A stretch of 62,551 bases of DNA, the filler included, from Aduncisulcus paluster (taxonomy: Eukaryota): the NCBI GenBank assembly GCA_024181965.1. It is 6 parts of 6 records of this genome, joined end to end, with 100 filler letters (N's around TTAATTAATTAA, not from the genome) between each part and the next. Parts side by side here need not be neighbours in the genome. Positions count along the whole stretch, not along the records: positions 37,640 to 47,050 come from BQXS01012520.1; positions 47,151 to 51,804 come from BQXS01012521.1; 4 more parts are not named here. One strand, 5' to 3'. The position numbers and the translations under genes are program-made. Positions 38,236 through 51,042 of the stretch are shown in pieces (within the stretch, counting starts at the first letter, position 1; each line of letters starts with the position of its first letter). The notes below the pieces were generated by a model. It was not told the DNA's origin and ran no database searches. It was given only the letters and a program-made list of their open reading frames with translations.

Positions 38236-39156
38236 ATGAGTGGGAATACTATTGAAATAGTTTTGTATCTCACGTCATGTATTCTTGGTATCCCGGCCTT
38301 AATTGCTGAAATATTCTTTTTTTCTAAATCACGAAAGAGATCAGCCCTGCAGGAGACCCATTATGCCCTTTCAACCATCAAAAAGAGGCAAATGGTGTCC
38401 CATACAATTTTTTGGTTTTATTTATCGTTAATTCTTGGGACTGGAGTTCTTATTATATGCCGATTCCTCCGGGCAGGAATGGCTTGGCGAGTGCCGGCTG
38501 TTCCTTCCACCCTTTTCATTTCAATTTATACATTTTGCCTCGACTTATCCAATGCCTTTGCTTGTTTAATATTTTTATTCCTGTTAACGAATTTTGCCCT
38601 AGCTTTCTCTTTTTTAATCGATAGAAAACATATTAAATCAGTTACAACTTTTTATAAAACATTTTTCTTTGTCTTTTTGATATTAATTGGTGGAAATACT
38701 CTTGTTTTTGCGATTTACGACGTTGTGATTTTCCACCAATGGGATGAGGGCTTCCTCAATGATCTTGGGTTCAAGATAATGTGTAGATACATTCCTACGG
38801 TTATTCAAGCTATCCTCGCGGTGTGCACAACAATATATTTCTCGTTGATTGCATCTTCCCAGCGTAAAACTGCCCAAAGAATTGATGAGAGCATGCAGTT
38901 GATTGGTCAGGCCCAAAAGAAGCTCATTTTCAAGCTTAATTTTATGGCAATTATGAATGTTGTTCTTTGTTTGGTCAATATTATTCTTATTTTCGTGTCT
39001 GATAGTGATAATGGTGCTGATAATGGCTCTATTGCTCTGTTTGTTGCTGATTTGGCGATGTATCTCGTTTATGTTTTTAATTCTCTTATATTTGTAACGG
39101 ATGAAAAGGTTGAAAATACGATTCATACCCCTTTACTGTCAAGTAATGCATTTTAG
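38236..39156 (+). CDS. Seven-transmembrane protein (possibly THH1/TOM1/GPR137-like)
   Basis: Seven hydrophobic segments by eye, a short N-terminus and a C-terminal dileucine-like ENTIHTPLL. The family assignment is tentative. Confidence 0.7.
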   Translation: MSGNTIEIVLYLTSCILGIPALIAEIFFFSKSRKRSALQETHYALSTIKKRQMVSHTIFWFYLSLILGTGVLIICRFLRAGMAWRVPAVPSTLFISIYTFCLDLSNAFACLIFLFLLTNFALAFSFLIDRKHIKSVTTFYKTFFFVFLILIGGNTLVFAIYDVVIFHQWDEGFLNDLGFKIMCRYIPTVIQAILAVCTTIYFSLIASSQRKTAQRIDESMQLIGQAQKKLIFKLNFMAIMNVVLCLVNIILIFVSDSDNGADNGSIALFVADLAMYLVYVFNSLIFVTDEKVENTIHTPLLSSNAF

Positions 39157-39678
39157 AATAATGTAGTAGATCCATAGATAATCTATGCATTGATCTCCAA
39201 TATAGATCCATTGATCTCCAATCATCATCAAGGTACTACCTCAGGTAGTTAGTAAGCTCCAGCTTCATTCTTATTTATTATGCATTTTTATAGCACAGTG
39301 ATAGTGTACTATAGATATAAAAAGTATAGTAGATCTAAGGCAGTTTTATTAAGATTATTCATGATCTTTCTCAATTATTTTCAACTGTATTTCTTTACAA
39401 AAGATTTGATAGTATCAAACGGTGTTCTGTGTGAATCATTCATTCTCTTTTTCACACACCTTAAGGCTTCAGTTCATTCAATCAGAAATCAACTGCCAGT
39501 TAACCAATGGTTAGTTGAAATAAATAAATAAAGCATATCTGCTATTTTTCTTGATATATTAAGATGTAATTGTATTGTTTTGAGCATCATGCTGTAGAAA
39601 TGGGATATAGCCTATATAGTCATAGGTACATTTAACCGTTGACCGGTTGCAGCCGTTTGATGAAGAAGAAAGTTCTTC

Positions 39679-40475
39679 TTATTCCTTCACTTTTATGATG
39701 ATTACAACGATTAGACCAATAATAGCAAGTACATTGGCAACCAATAATCCTTTCGTCCCATGATTGGCCATATTGGACACCTTTTCGATCTTTCGTGTTG
39801 CAACTTTTGCGTGGGTTTCAGCATTTTCAACTTCGGTGGTGATATCAATGATTTTCTGTGTAGATTCATCCAAAGAGTTTCCAAGTCCTATTGTTATTTC
39901 TTTAATACTTTTCATTGATTCTGAAAGATAACTGATCATTTCATCTCCTTCATCATAAGCCTCCTTCGTTTCATCAAGGATTTGTCTTGTACTCATGACA
40001 GAAGTTTCTTCTGTTTCTTTTCCGATAGCTACGGTAGCACCTCTTCCTCGATGTTTCGTAGCACCTCGTTTTGATCTAGCTTCTGAGATCTGTTTAACAT
40101 ATTTACCGGCTTTGATTAAAAACTCTTCACTTCTATGCATATCGGTCTCCGTCATTCCAAAATGTCCAGGATCCTTCGAAATATCTTCAAACATTGATAC
40201 AATTCTCTGATATAACCTCTCAATTCCATTAGATTCGTGGATAAAATCATAATTCAGTTGGGAGCGTCTTTGACCGGTCTAATCGTTATAATAACATGAT
40301 AGAATATGAAATGAATAATAAAAAATTATTAATATTAATAAATTCCTTTGTCATACCATCAAAATAATTATTTACAAATATTTACATACTGTCCGGACAA
40401 GTTTGGCAATAAGCTGGGTACAGTTGTTTATCTTGACATTTAATAGTTGTAATTGATTGAGAATTCAGTCGACAT
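39679..40475 (-). CDS. Qc-SNARE, syntaxin-6/Tlg1-like
   Basis: SNARE helix, C-terminal TM and DPGHFGMTETDM (syntaxin-6 N-domain-like). GTATGT..TAG intron at 40389-40279. Exon 1 from the ATG at 40475 is 86 nt, so it needs a 1-nt correction. Confidence 0.7.
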
Positions 40476-41011
40476 TGTTGGTTGTGTTCCAAAAACGGTA
40501 TTTCCAAGACGCTATATTTTCTCCTCAGCGGAGTTTGGAAGATAGTTGAACACATAGGTGTAAGTGACGTAAGATTTATATTTCTAAATAATTCTGAGAA
40601 TTATATTCTCAAAAACTCGATTTAATGGCATTTTTTTAGTTTCAAAAAAAATCGACCGAAACTTGTATTAAGATAATCTTCCTTGACCTATGGCCATAAA
40701 TATATTTGTAATGCAGAATATAATCTGTTCTCACTTATATTTTATCAGATTGTTGGGGCAAATAACGAATTATGGCAATTTTTGATTTGGTCTGTCATTT
40801 GACAACATTCCAAAATTTTATACGTCCGAACTCTCCATATTGTATGTCATAAATACCCATTATGCCGGGACATTTTTTCAATTTAATTTAGTTCGTCCAC
40901 AACACCAATTTTCAAACTATTTTATTCATTTTCATAATTGGCTCATCAAAATACACCATTATCGAATATATTACACCCCAATAACATATAAACACAGACC
41001 AATATTTACAT

Positions 41012-43316
41012 ATGGAACACGACAAAGAGGAAAAAGAAGAGTTTTTGAGGTCATCGACTCAAAGTGATCATGACAAACAAGGTAATCCTAATGATCCGGG
41101 ATATATGTCATCAAGCACATCAACTCATGAGATTCAATCGGGTAGCTCTGAAAAAGAAACTGGAATTGCTCAGGATATGGATAAAAGTAGTGTATTGTCT
41201 GTTTCGTCGCCTTTATCTCCTTCGGACTCAGCTTATTCAAGTCTCCAATTCCAATCAACTGTTTCAAAGGAAGAAGATTTGAAAAACGAAGTTGAATCCT
41301 TGAAACTGAAGGAAAAAGAGAACAATCAAAGAGAAGAACTCACAATAGATGATGTAAAGATTGAAGATTACACAAGATATGCTGTAAACGATTATAAATC
41401 TCTAAAGAAATGGTCAGAATTAGCTCAAACAATACTAAAATGTGACTCATAATCATCCTCAATTCTCTACCACAAACATCGAGATATCCTTTCTGTCTTT
41501 TTTGCATCCCATTCAAAGAGTGAGATTGAAGAGCNNNNNNNNNNNNNNNNNNNNTCATGAGATTCAATCGGGTAGCTCTGAAAAAGAAACTGGAATTGCT
41601 CAGGATATGGATAAAAGTAGTGTATTGTCTGTTTCGTCGCCTTTATCTCCTTCGGACTCAGCTTATTCAAGTCTCCAATTCCAATCAACTGTTTCAAAGG
41701 AAGAAGATTTGAAAAACGAAGTTGAATCCTTGAAACTGAAGGAAAAAGAGAACAATCAAAGAGAAGAACTCACAATAGATGATGTAAAGATTGAAGATTA
41801 CACAAGATATGCTGTAAACGATTATAAATCTCTAAAGAAATGGTCAGAATTAGCTCAAACAATACTAAAATGTGACTCATAATCATCCTCAATTCTCTAC
41901 CACAAACATCGAGATATCCTTTCTGTCTTTTTTGCATCCCAATCAAAGAGTGAGATTGAAGAGCACAAGAGAGAGATTATTCTTTGTGTCGAGTGTTTAA
42001 GATGGTTTGCAGGACATGATATTGCTGGAAGGAGTATCTGTCTCCCAATACCCGATCTCAACAATCTCATTGACACTTTCATTGATCATCTTTCAAGAGT
42101 GGAGGATGTTCTGGAAGAAGCTGTTTATGATGAGTATTGTAGCATTTGTGCTGATTATTCTTTCAAAGTTAAAGATAGAAAAGATTATTTCCTTCCCAAG
42201 ATCCTATCCACTTTCCGTCATATTCTTGAGGGAGGTAGCAAGAAGAAGTTGTCTGATAACATTGTTCTAAATTTATTGAAGACTCTCAGAAACATCTCTA
42301 CTTCTACCTCTACTTCCACTCGATCCTCTATACTCACTCTCATCAAACCATATGTCAAAGATTGGTTGAGGATGTACAATGATAGTCAGTGTTATGGACA
42401 TTGGATGATTATTTTGTCAAAAATCACCCTCTTAAGTGATACTTCCCCCAACTCTTCCCTTTGTTCTGAAGCTTGGCCTCTTTTCCACCCTGTTCTTGAT
42501 GTTGTTAAGAGAGAGTTTGTTGGGGATAGGATTGTTGGGTATGATCATGAAGAATGTTTGCGATTCTTCTCCAGCTTATGTTGTGATCCTTCACATGCCC
42601 TTGTAATCTATGATAATGTTAAGGATCTTCTTGATGGGTGGTTTGAGGTTGTGAAGAGGAATGAACATAAATGGGGAAGCATATACTGGCCCAGACTCAT
42701 TTCCATGTTCTCCACTGTTCCATCTCTTGTTCCTCAACTTTCTCCTAAATATGATACCAACATGGATTGGTGTAAGAAGAATGGGAGATCTCCTAAATTT
42801 GACGCCATATGGTGCACAGTAGAATGGTATTATTCAACTCCAATCTATAACCAATACATTTCCAATATTTCATCCTTCGTATCTTCTTCTTGTCTTTTTT
42901 CAATTCTTTTCCATTCTGTTCCAATGGTTTCATTTATACCTTCCATTGAGACATCTTTGTCTACTGAGAAAGATGGATATTCATACGCTTCCCATGTATG
43001 TTCTATCGTGGAAATGCATAAACATTTTCCACATCGCAAAAACAAAATCTCTTGCTATCACGATATTATCAGTGGAAAAGAAATACAAATCCAACATGTT
43101 CTTAAACGTGATGGATCGAGTTCTCAAGATATCCTCACACACTCTTCTCTTATCCAATACACTCCTCCTCAACACATGCTTGTTAAGATACCACTTGATG
43201 ATGAGAGATTCTTGAGACAATCTGTATATAATTTGATTGAACGCACAGGTGGAGGTGTTGAAGTGATGTTTGAACAGGAGTGTAGGAATATCAGGGAGTT
43301 TAAAAATGCAGGGTAA
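41012..43316 (+). pseudogene. Hypothetical helical-repeat-like protein interrupted by an in-frame TAA
   Basis: After collapsing the gap duplication, the frame runs from 41012 through TAA (41880-41882) and continues without a shift into ORF 42099-43316. Confidence 0.6.
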
Positions 43317-43499
43317 AATCCCAATACAATTATCTAATCTATGAAACAGGCTAGAGTATCATTTTTGGGTGAGTTACTTCTCATTCAATAACAAAACAAA
43401 GAATTTCTGATGAAGTTGTGTCCTAATGATTATATATGGTTCATTGGACAACTTTGCAATGGAGCCCGATGCTGAAATATCCTCGATACATTTTGTGTC

Positions 43500-43615
43500 T
43501 TGAAAAGTATGATAAGAGTTCAAATGTTTTAAGAATGTTAAAAGGTCAAATGGTGAGTACGATTTTCATATGTTTCCATCAATTTTCCCGGATTTTCCTT
43601 GTACCATGAAAGGTC
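43500..43615 (+). pseudogene. Degenerate remnant of a repeat-domain family unit
   Basis: EKYDKSSNVLRMLKG, then with frameshifts FSYVSINFP and PCTMKG, matching the family consensus YDxSSxAQxMLKG..HLSIPFP..PMKG. Confidence 0.55.
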
Positions 43616-43655
43616 GTAAAAGAATTGGCTTAATCTCCTTCACAATGAATGAAAA

Positions 43656-45647
43656 AAAAGGTAAAAAACGTTGAACAATTATCTAATCTCAATTATCATA
43701 CATTTTACAAATGATAAAACGTGAATTGAGTGAATAAAATCAAAATACGGAACAACTATTCTTTTCAATTTGAGCTTACACCATATGTTTCTCAACTCTT
43801 TTTTCGACCTTTTTCCATTCGTATGCCGGAATGTGGATCCTTTGATGGTAACCCAATCGTGAAGGGAGTCATTCAGATGTGTGCAATGCGTATTGTCCAT
43901 TTTATAAACACAATTCATCCAAATCTAAAGGGTTATTCGAGTGGCTCGATCCCTTCTATATTTGGTCCAGTTTATGAGGTTGGTTCTTTAATATTGCAAC
44001 CTAATCAAAAAGAAATCGAAAAGAAGTTAATTGAATTCCGAGAATATGTTCCTGCTCGTTCTATTTTCCAAATTTGGAAAGAGATGTATTCTCAATTCCT
44101 ATAGAAGTCCTTACAATAAGGAGAATGAAAGAAAAGGTAAAAAACGTTGAACAATTATCTAATTTCAATGATCATACATTTAACAAACGATAAAACGTGA
44201 ATTGAGTGAATAAAATCAAAATACGGAACAACTATTCTTTTCAATTTGAGCTTACACCATATGTTTCTCAACTCTTTTTTCGACCTTTTTCCATTCGTAT
44301 GCCGGAATGTGGATCCTTTGATGGTAACCCAATCGTGAAGGGAGTCATTCAGATGTGTGCAATGCGTATTGTCCATTTTATAAACACAATTCATCCAAAT
44401 CTAAAGGGTTATTCGAGGTTGCCAACCACTTCTATATTTGGTCCAGTTTATGAGGTTGGTTCTTTAATATTGCAACCTAATCAAAAAGAAATCGAAAAGA
44501 AGTTAATTGAATTCCGAGAATATGTTCCTGCTCGTTCTATTTTCCAAATTTGGAAAGAGATGTATTCTCAATTCCTATAGAAGTCCTTACAATAAGGAGA
44601 ATGAAAGAAAAGGTAAAAAACGTTGAACAATTATCTAATTTCAATTATCATACATTTTACAAATGATAAAACGTGAATTGAGTGAATAAAATCAAAATAC
44701 GGAACAACTATTCTTTTCAATTTGAGCTTACACCATATGTTTCTCAACTCTTTTTTCGACCTTTTTCCATTCGTATGCCGGAATGTGGATCCTTTGATGG
44801 TAACCCAATCGTGAAGGGAGTCATTCAGATGTGTGCAATGCGTATTGTCCATTTTATAAACACAATTCATCCAAATCTAAAGGGTTATTCGAGTGGCTCG
44901 ATCCCTTCTATATTTGGTCCAGTTTATGAGGTTGGTTCTTTAATATTGCAACCTAATCAAAAAGAAATCGAAAAGAAGTTAATTGAATTCCGAGAATATG
45001 TTCCTGCTCGTTCTATTTTCCAAATTTGGAAAGAGATGTATTCTCAATTCCTATAGAAGTCCTTACAATAAGGAGAATGAAAGAAAAGGTAAAAAACGTT
45101 GAACAATTATCTAATCTCAATTATCATACATTTTACAAATGATAAAACGTGAATTGAGTGAATAAAATCAAAATACGGAACAACTATTCTTTTCAATTTG
45201 AGCTTACACCATATGTTTCTCAACTCTTTTTTCGACCTTTTTCCATTCGTATGCCGGAATGTGGATCCTTTGATGGTAACCCAATCGTGAAGGGAGTCAT
45301 TCAGATGTGTGCAATGCGTATTGTCCATTTTATAAACACAATTCATCCAAATCTAAAGGGTTATTCGAGTGGCTCGATCCCTTCTATATTTGGTCCAGTT
45401 TATGAGGTTGGTTCTTTAATATTGCAACCTAATCAAAAAGAAATCGAAAAGAAGTTAATTGAATTCCGAGAATATGTTCCTGCTCGTTCTATTTTCCAAA
45501 TTTGGAAAGAGATGTATTCTCAATTCCTATAGAAGTCCTTACAATAAGGAGAATGAAAGAAAAGGTAAAAAACGTTGAACAATTATCTAATTTCAATGAT
45601 CATACATTTAACAAACGATAAAACGTGAATTGGGTGGATAAAATCAA
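43656..45647 (+). repeat. Tandem array of 476-bp units (4 full plus partial), each holding a 124-codon ORF
   Basis: The period of 476 is verified (ORF starts at 43730, 44206, 44682, 45158). Units differ by a few SNPs and one block substitution. Confidence 0.95.
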
Positions 45648-45965
45648 GAATATAACTGGATTAGGGACATTCAATAATTTGAAAAAAATTCTATTTTTAG
45701 ATTTTCTATTTTTAGAACTTTGGTTTGTCTTTTTTCATGGATATGCGGGTATTTGATCCTATTTTATAAAATATCGGTTTGTAACCTCGTTTTCTCTCTC
45801 CAATACATATCATGGAAACTTCACATTCGATGAGAATTGAAACATCAGCTATTTTGCATGATAAAATATGAATTGTTGATTAATATTGATGGAAAATGTG
45901 TAAATATGATGAAATTGACTGAAATAGTAAATTGTATTTCTATTTTTAGAAAATCTATTTTTAGA
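45581..45965 (+). mobile_element. Dispersed ~385-bp AT-rich element (second copy inverted at 53147-53527)
   Basis: High-identity reverse-complement match to 53147-53527, with internal ctatttttaga repeats. Its first ~65 bp are also the head of the 476-bp array unit. Confidence 0.55.
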
Positions 45966-46583
45966 ACATCGACTTTCTATTTTCATTTAGGAAGGAGAAA
46001 CACGTCGTGAAATGGGTGATATGCCTTCATATGCCTTGCGATTGGTGTTCATTCAACATTATTCCTCGTATCCAAAACAATGTAGAATTGTGTGTGTTGT
46101 ATATATAACTAATATTGATCGGGAATATTGAAGTGTGTGATGAATAGGATTGCACAGAACCGAACAAGTCCTTGTCAGATATTATGAAGATTATGATTAA
46201 TCCCCGATATGAAGTTGATATCTCATAGCTTAAATCGAAAATAGAACAATAATAGGTATCACCAGCAATGGTTTATTCTTTGATTATCAATGATATGGAT
46301 GGCGTGAAAAAGAAATGCAAAAAAACAACGATAAACAACAAGAGTGAAAAAACAAGAATTATTATAAACTATTGTATAAACTATCTCTCATATATTTGAG
46401 AGTCTATATAGAAATATGGAAACACAGTTGATCAACAAACCTAGACAATGAACAAAACTGAACGACTAACAAAACTAAAAAAAAAAAAAAAAACTAACAA
46501 CTCATTAAGATATGAAAGCAGATGAAATAGAAGATTTAAGAACTATCTGAAACATGATGTTACATCCATTCGCATTCGTTGAA

Positions 46584-47050
46584 TCATTTCACCATTAGCA
46601 ACGCAAGATCCTTCTTCCGTTGAGATATTTTCATGTCAACTTCGGCAATTTTAACCTCAATTTCCATGATATCCATGGACAAATCAATATCGCTCTCTTG
46701 CATCTGCTTCTTCATTTTAAAGCAAGTTAACTCGAACTTTTTCTTCTCAAACTCCATGGAAGAGATCTCAGATTGGATCTCTGCACATTTCACAGCATCT
46801 TCTTTTGATATCCCAGAAGGAGTGGACGGATCCTCACTTGGTTGAGGGCTGGGAGGACTTATGGGTTGCTCCTTTTCAATGTCCTTTTGACCATGAATGG
46901 GGATCGAATGGATTGATCCAACATCAACTTCTGCTGGACGATCTCCGGTCATCTGTTCAAGGCTTTGGATCATCGCAAGCACATTTGACGCCTTCACATC
47001 CTTGAGTCTAGAATCCTTAACAGAGAAAAAGGGGAGGCTTCTATACTTGG
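46584..47050 (-). CDS. 3' end of a hypothetical protein with C-terminal coiled coil
   Basis: Open frame running toward the scaffold edge, ending in the heptad-like EIEVKIAEVDMKISQRKKDL. Confidence 0.55.
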
Positions 47051-48596
47051 NNNNNNNNNNNNNNNNNNNNNNNNNNNNNNNNNNNNNNNNNNNNTTAATT
47101 AATTAANNNNNNNNNNNNNNNNNNNNNNNNNNNNNNNNNNNNNNNNNNNNTTGTCCTGTTGTGGATAAATAAAGATGATTTATGATACTAAGATGATAAT
47201 GATGATAATGATGATAATGATGATAAAAGAAATATTCAGAACTAAAAATCTAACTCCATGAATAAACATGCCCCCACTCCCACTTGGTGCCGTGTCTTGT
47301 GGAGCAGAACATGCATGCTCTGGATCGTGATGAGAATTTTGTCTGGTTTTGTTCGAGCCCAGGCTGAGTCAGACGTTTTTATTTTCATTTTATGGGACAA
47401 GATCTTGTTTGAAATGTTTTCTGGCGTGGTTTTTATTGTTGTTTTGTGCCCATTGTTTGGATTGGGTCTTGAAAGTATGATTTGCTATTTCTAGATCTAT
47501 GGTTGATTTATCCTCCATATCGACCATGATGTCCGAGCTTCTTCTTGGATTCATCTGCAATTCCATGTTGTGTTGTCATTCTTAACGGTATTATTGTTGC
47601 CAGGTGTTATTGTTGTTGTATAATCCGATTGTCGATATTGTTTGATGATTCTGGGACGATAATGCTGCAATGAAGTGGGTATTCTGAAAAGAATTTTCTT
47701 TGTTTGATTTGATTATGTTTTTATTATCATATTATCATATTCTTAATCCAATGGAATGGCTTTCTTGCTCGACTATCACGTTTCAAGCGTTTGGAACCGA
47801 TTCTGAACATTCTGAACAGCTATAGAATTCTATACAATTCTTTCTGAGATATTTTATTAAATAATTTTGATAATATCTTCTCCAACGATCCATCAAATGG
47901 TCAAACGCGGTAATAATGTTTCATCTTTTGTTTTGTTCCAGATAGGGTCGCCATAAACTCGCGGTGCTCATTCCAAAGTTTTTGTAACTTTTCGTACGTA
48001 TCATATGCCTTTTTATAGGCTTGCTGGATTACAGACAAGTTTTCTTCAGTAGATAAATTGCCTAAATCATAGTTATAAGGATTCGCTTCGATTTCGGAGT
48101 CTGATGTCGTGGCGGACTGATGTTGCCTCCGTAAGCTTTATCACTACCTTTTTGGACTCTTATTGAGGGTTCACTATCGAATATTAACTCCCTCATTGCT
48201 GTGACATCATAATACGAGTGGCCCAGGGCTGACATTGCACGGTGTGGACAGATTCAATTTTGTCAAATACGTCATATTGCTGAGTATCGAGAATATTTTT
48301 TTAATCCGGCGAAATTTGAGTTCTTAAATTATGACTATTATCAATAATAAATCATTTATCGAATGTTTTAGATGATACGAGATAATCCGGATCATTCGAG
48401 ATGATCTCGGAGATTTTCATATGTTACCTTCATAATAACTTGAAGTTATTGATTATTTCTTACGGTTTTCAGAAAGACATTTATTTTTTTATGAACAATT
48501 CTGATTCAATTACGATGGTTTTGGACATTTGGTTGATTTTTTTGTTCGGCTGTTCGGCTGCATGATTTTCTCCCCGGCGGTGACTTCACCGACTTT

Positions 48597-49067
48597 GTGT
48601 TTTGGCAAAACAAGGAAGATTTTATTCGTCGTTGTAACGAAAAAAATCGTTTTTTGTATGAAAAGGTGGAGGAAAAGCAAACGCTTTGCTCTGAGAGGGA
48701 AAAATCTCTGTCTGAACAAACCATTAGTAAGTCTCAAATGAAAAAACAATCACAATCAATTGAGGGCGAAAAAAAGAAATTAATGTTACAAAAACAAGAA
48801 AAGGAGAACGATTATATGCGTCGTTGTAACGAAAAATATCGTCGTTTGTATGAAAAGGTGGAGGAAAAGCAAATGCTTTGCTCTGAGAGGGAAAAATCTC
48901 TGTCTGAACAAACCATTCGTTGCTCTGAGAAGGAAAAATCAATTGAGGGCGAAAAAAAGAAATTAATGTTACAAAAACAAGAAAAGGAGAAGATAAAAGA
49001 TCAAATAGAGGGTCGATTCACCCTCTCCTTCAAAAATCACCAATTTATATTGCTGCTGGAAAAATGA
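48597..49067 (+). CDS. Coiled-coil ORF fragment with ~190-bp internal duplication
   Basis: RRCNEK..LYEKVEEKQ.LCSEREKSLSEQTI and SIEGEKKKLMLQKQEKE each occur twice. Confidence 0.4.
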   Translation: MFWQNKEDFIRRCNEKNRFLYEKVEEKQTLCSEREKSLSEQTISKSQMKKQSQSIEGEKKKLMLQKQEKENDYMRRCNEKYRRLYEKVEEKQMLCSEREKSLSEQTIRCSEKEKSIEGEKKKLMLQKQEKEKIKDQIEGRFTLSFKNHQFILLLEK

Positions 49068-49513
49068 CTCGGGAAATCCGAAGGAAATTTTTTGCAAAGC
49101 CGGTTAAATTTGTATGAAATCGGTATTTTTCTTATTTTTACTGAATAACACCTAGACACGAATCTTCCTTTAAATTATAGTGGATTCAAAAGAAAAATAT
49201 CAATAAAAAAATAAATCATGCTTAAATAGTAAAACATTAAATTAAATTATGAAAATATGGTCATATATTAGAACTATAAAGGAGTTAGATTCACATTTAT
49301 AGCTTTTGGACACTATCATAATTCGGAGATACTATAATATAGATAAAATTTAAAATATGCAAGTTAATTTTTATCTTTTTTAATTAAAAAGGATCCTTTA
49401 TTCATCTGTTGATTGTTCTTCTGCTTCTGCCAAACACGTCCGACCATCTTTTGTTTTTTGCTTGCCATGAACTCAAATTCACTAAAGTTAACCNNNNNNN
49501 NNNNNNNNNNNNN

Positions 49514-49670
49514 GAGACTAATCAAAAAACGCAAGAACAATGGTGTCACAGGAGCATGTTTATGTAAGGGCCAATGTTTATATCACACTTGTCCTTGTCG
49601 TGCAGCCAAAATGAAGTGCACAAAATTCTGTCACCAGAAGCGAATGAATAAGGGATGTAAAAATAAATAA
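49514..49670 (+). other. CXC-type Cys cluster at a protein C-terminus (possible transposase/integrase tail)
   Basis: CLCKGQCLYHTCPCRAAKMKCTKFCH...CKNK*; the 5' part is lost in a gap. Confidence 0.45.
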
Positions 49671-51042
49671 AAAATACAGCGTATGTTTAATTGTGTATAA
49701 TTATTATATTTATTTTATAAAAATTCCAGAAAACTCAGATGCTTTTTTAATTTTCATCTCCATGGCTCTATTAAGCAAGCAGATAAAAATAAAAAAATAA
49801 TAAATGAATAAGGGTATCATAGGATATTAATTTTAACGTTTTTAGAATATTGAAAAAGTCGCAGTGCGACATAGTCGCAAAAAAAATTCATCCCACGAAT
49901 CTTCCTTTAAATTATAGTGGATTCAAAAGAAAAATATCAATAAAAAAATAAATCACGCTTAAATAGTAAAACATTAAATTAAATTATGAAAATATGGTCA
50001 TATATTAGAACTATAAAGGAGTTAGATTCACATTTATAGCTTTTGGACACTATCATAATTCGGAGATACTATAATATAGATAAAATTTAAAATATGCAAG
50101 TTAATTTTTATCTTTTTTAATTAAAAAGGATCCTTTATTCATCTGTTGATTGTTCTTCTGCTTCTGCCAAACACGTCCGACCATCTTTTGTTTTTTGCTT
50201 GCCATGAACTCAAATTCACTAAAGTTAACCAAAAAAAAAACATAATATTATTTTTGTAGACCAGTGAAACTAGTTAACTTATAACCTCATTGTTTATGGG
50301 AGCTTTTCCCACCAAAGATTCCCAAAGAATTCACCTCATTGATGGCGTAAATTGGAGGTTATCTTTATGAAAACGATCTGTGATTTTTCGAAATAATGGA
50401 TGCCATTAGTAATGATGCAGTGCTCTTTCCCAAGACAGCTACTTTCAAAGATAGAACGAGTTGTTCTGAGACTTCCAGTGACTAGTAATACTTCCAGTGA
50501 GTGGATGTTTATTGGATCTCCTTGCATTAAAATCGGACAAAACTTGGCCAAACCATCCCCAACTTCCAACTTCTTGAAGATAGAAAAGTTTTCTTCTACC
50601 CTTATCTTCTATGATAATTCGAAAAAATGATAGAAACCCGTAACGAAATGGGACATTTACTTGATTAATTTAGGATTAATCCTTCATGATTACATTTTTA
50701 TCTTACATTTTCAGCCATTATATCTCATTTTTAGCTCAAACTGAGATCAAATCAAACTGAGATTATATCAAACTGAGATTATATCACTGAGAAAGAAAAT
50801 AAAGTAAATGGACAGTAGATCTAAAAAGCATTGTTATAAAATGAAATAATATCAAATAAAAGTTTTGTTTTAGTTTTTGAGTGTGTTATAATAATATAAT
50901 ATAATATAATATAATATAATAATGAGTTTATAATAGAGAGTAAAGAATAAGATATGGTTTTTTTTTTTAAATGATAATTTGACAATGGAAGCTCCATTGT
51001 TGGTGAACAATAAACCATACCAACAACAAATCGCCAACTATT

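Noticed and set aside
43656..45647. CRISPR-like interpretation of the array
   Set aside because: Units are 476 bp with no unique spacers, no cas genes are present, and the context is eukaryotic.
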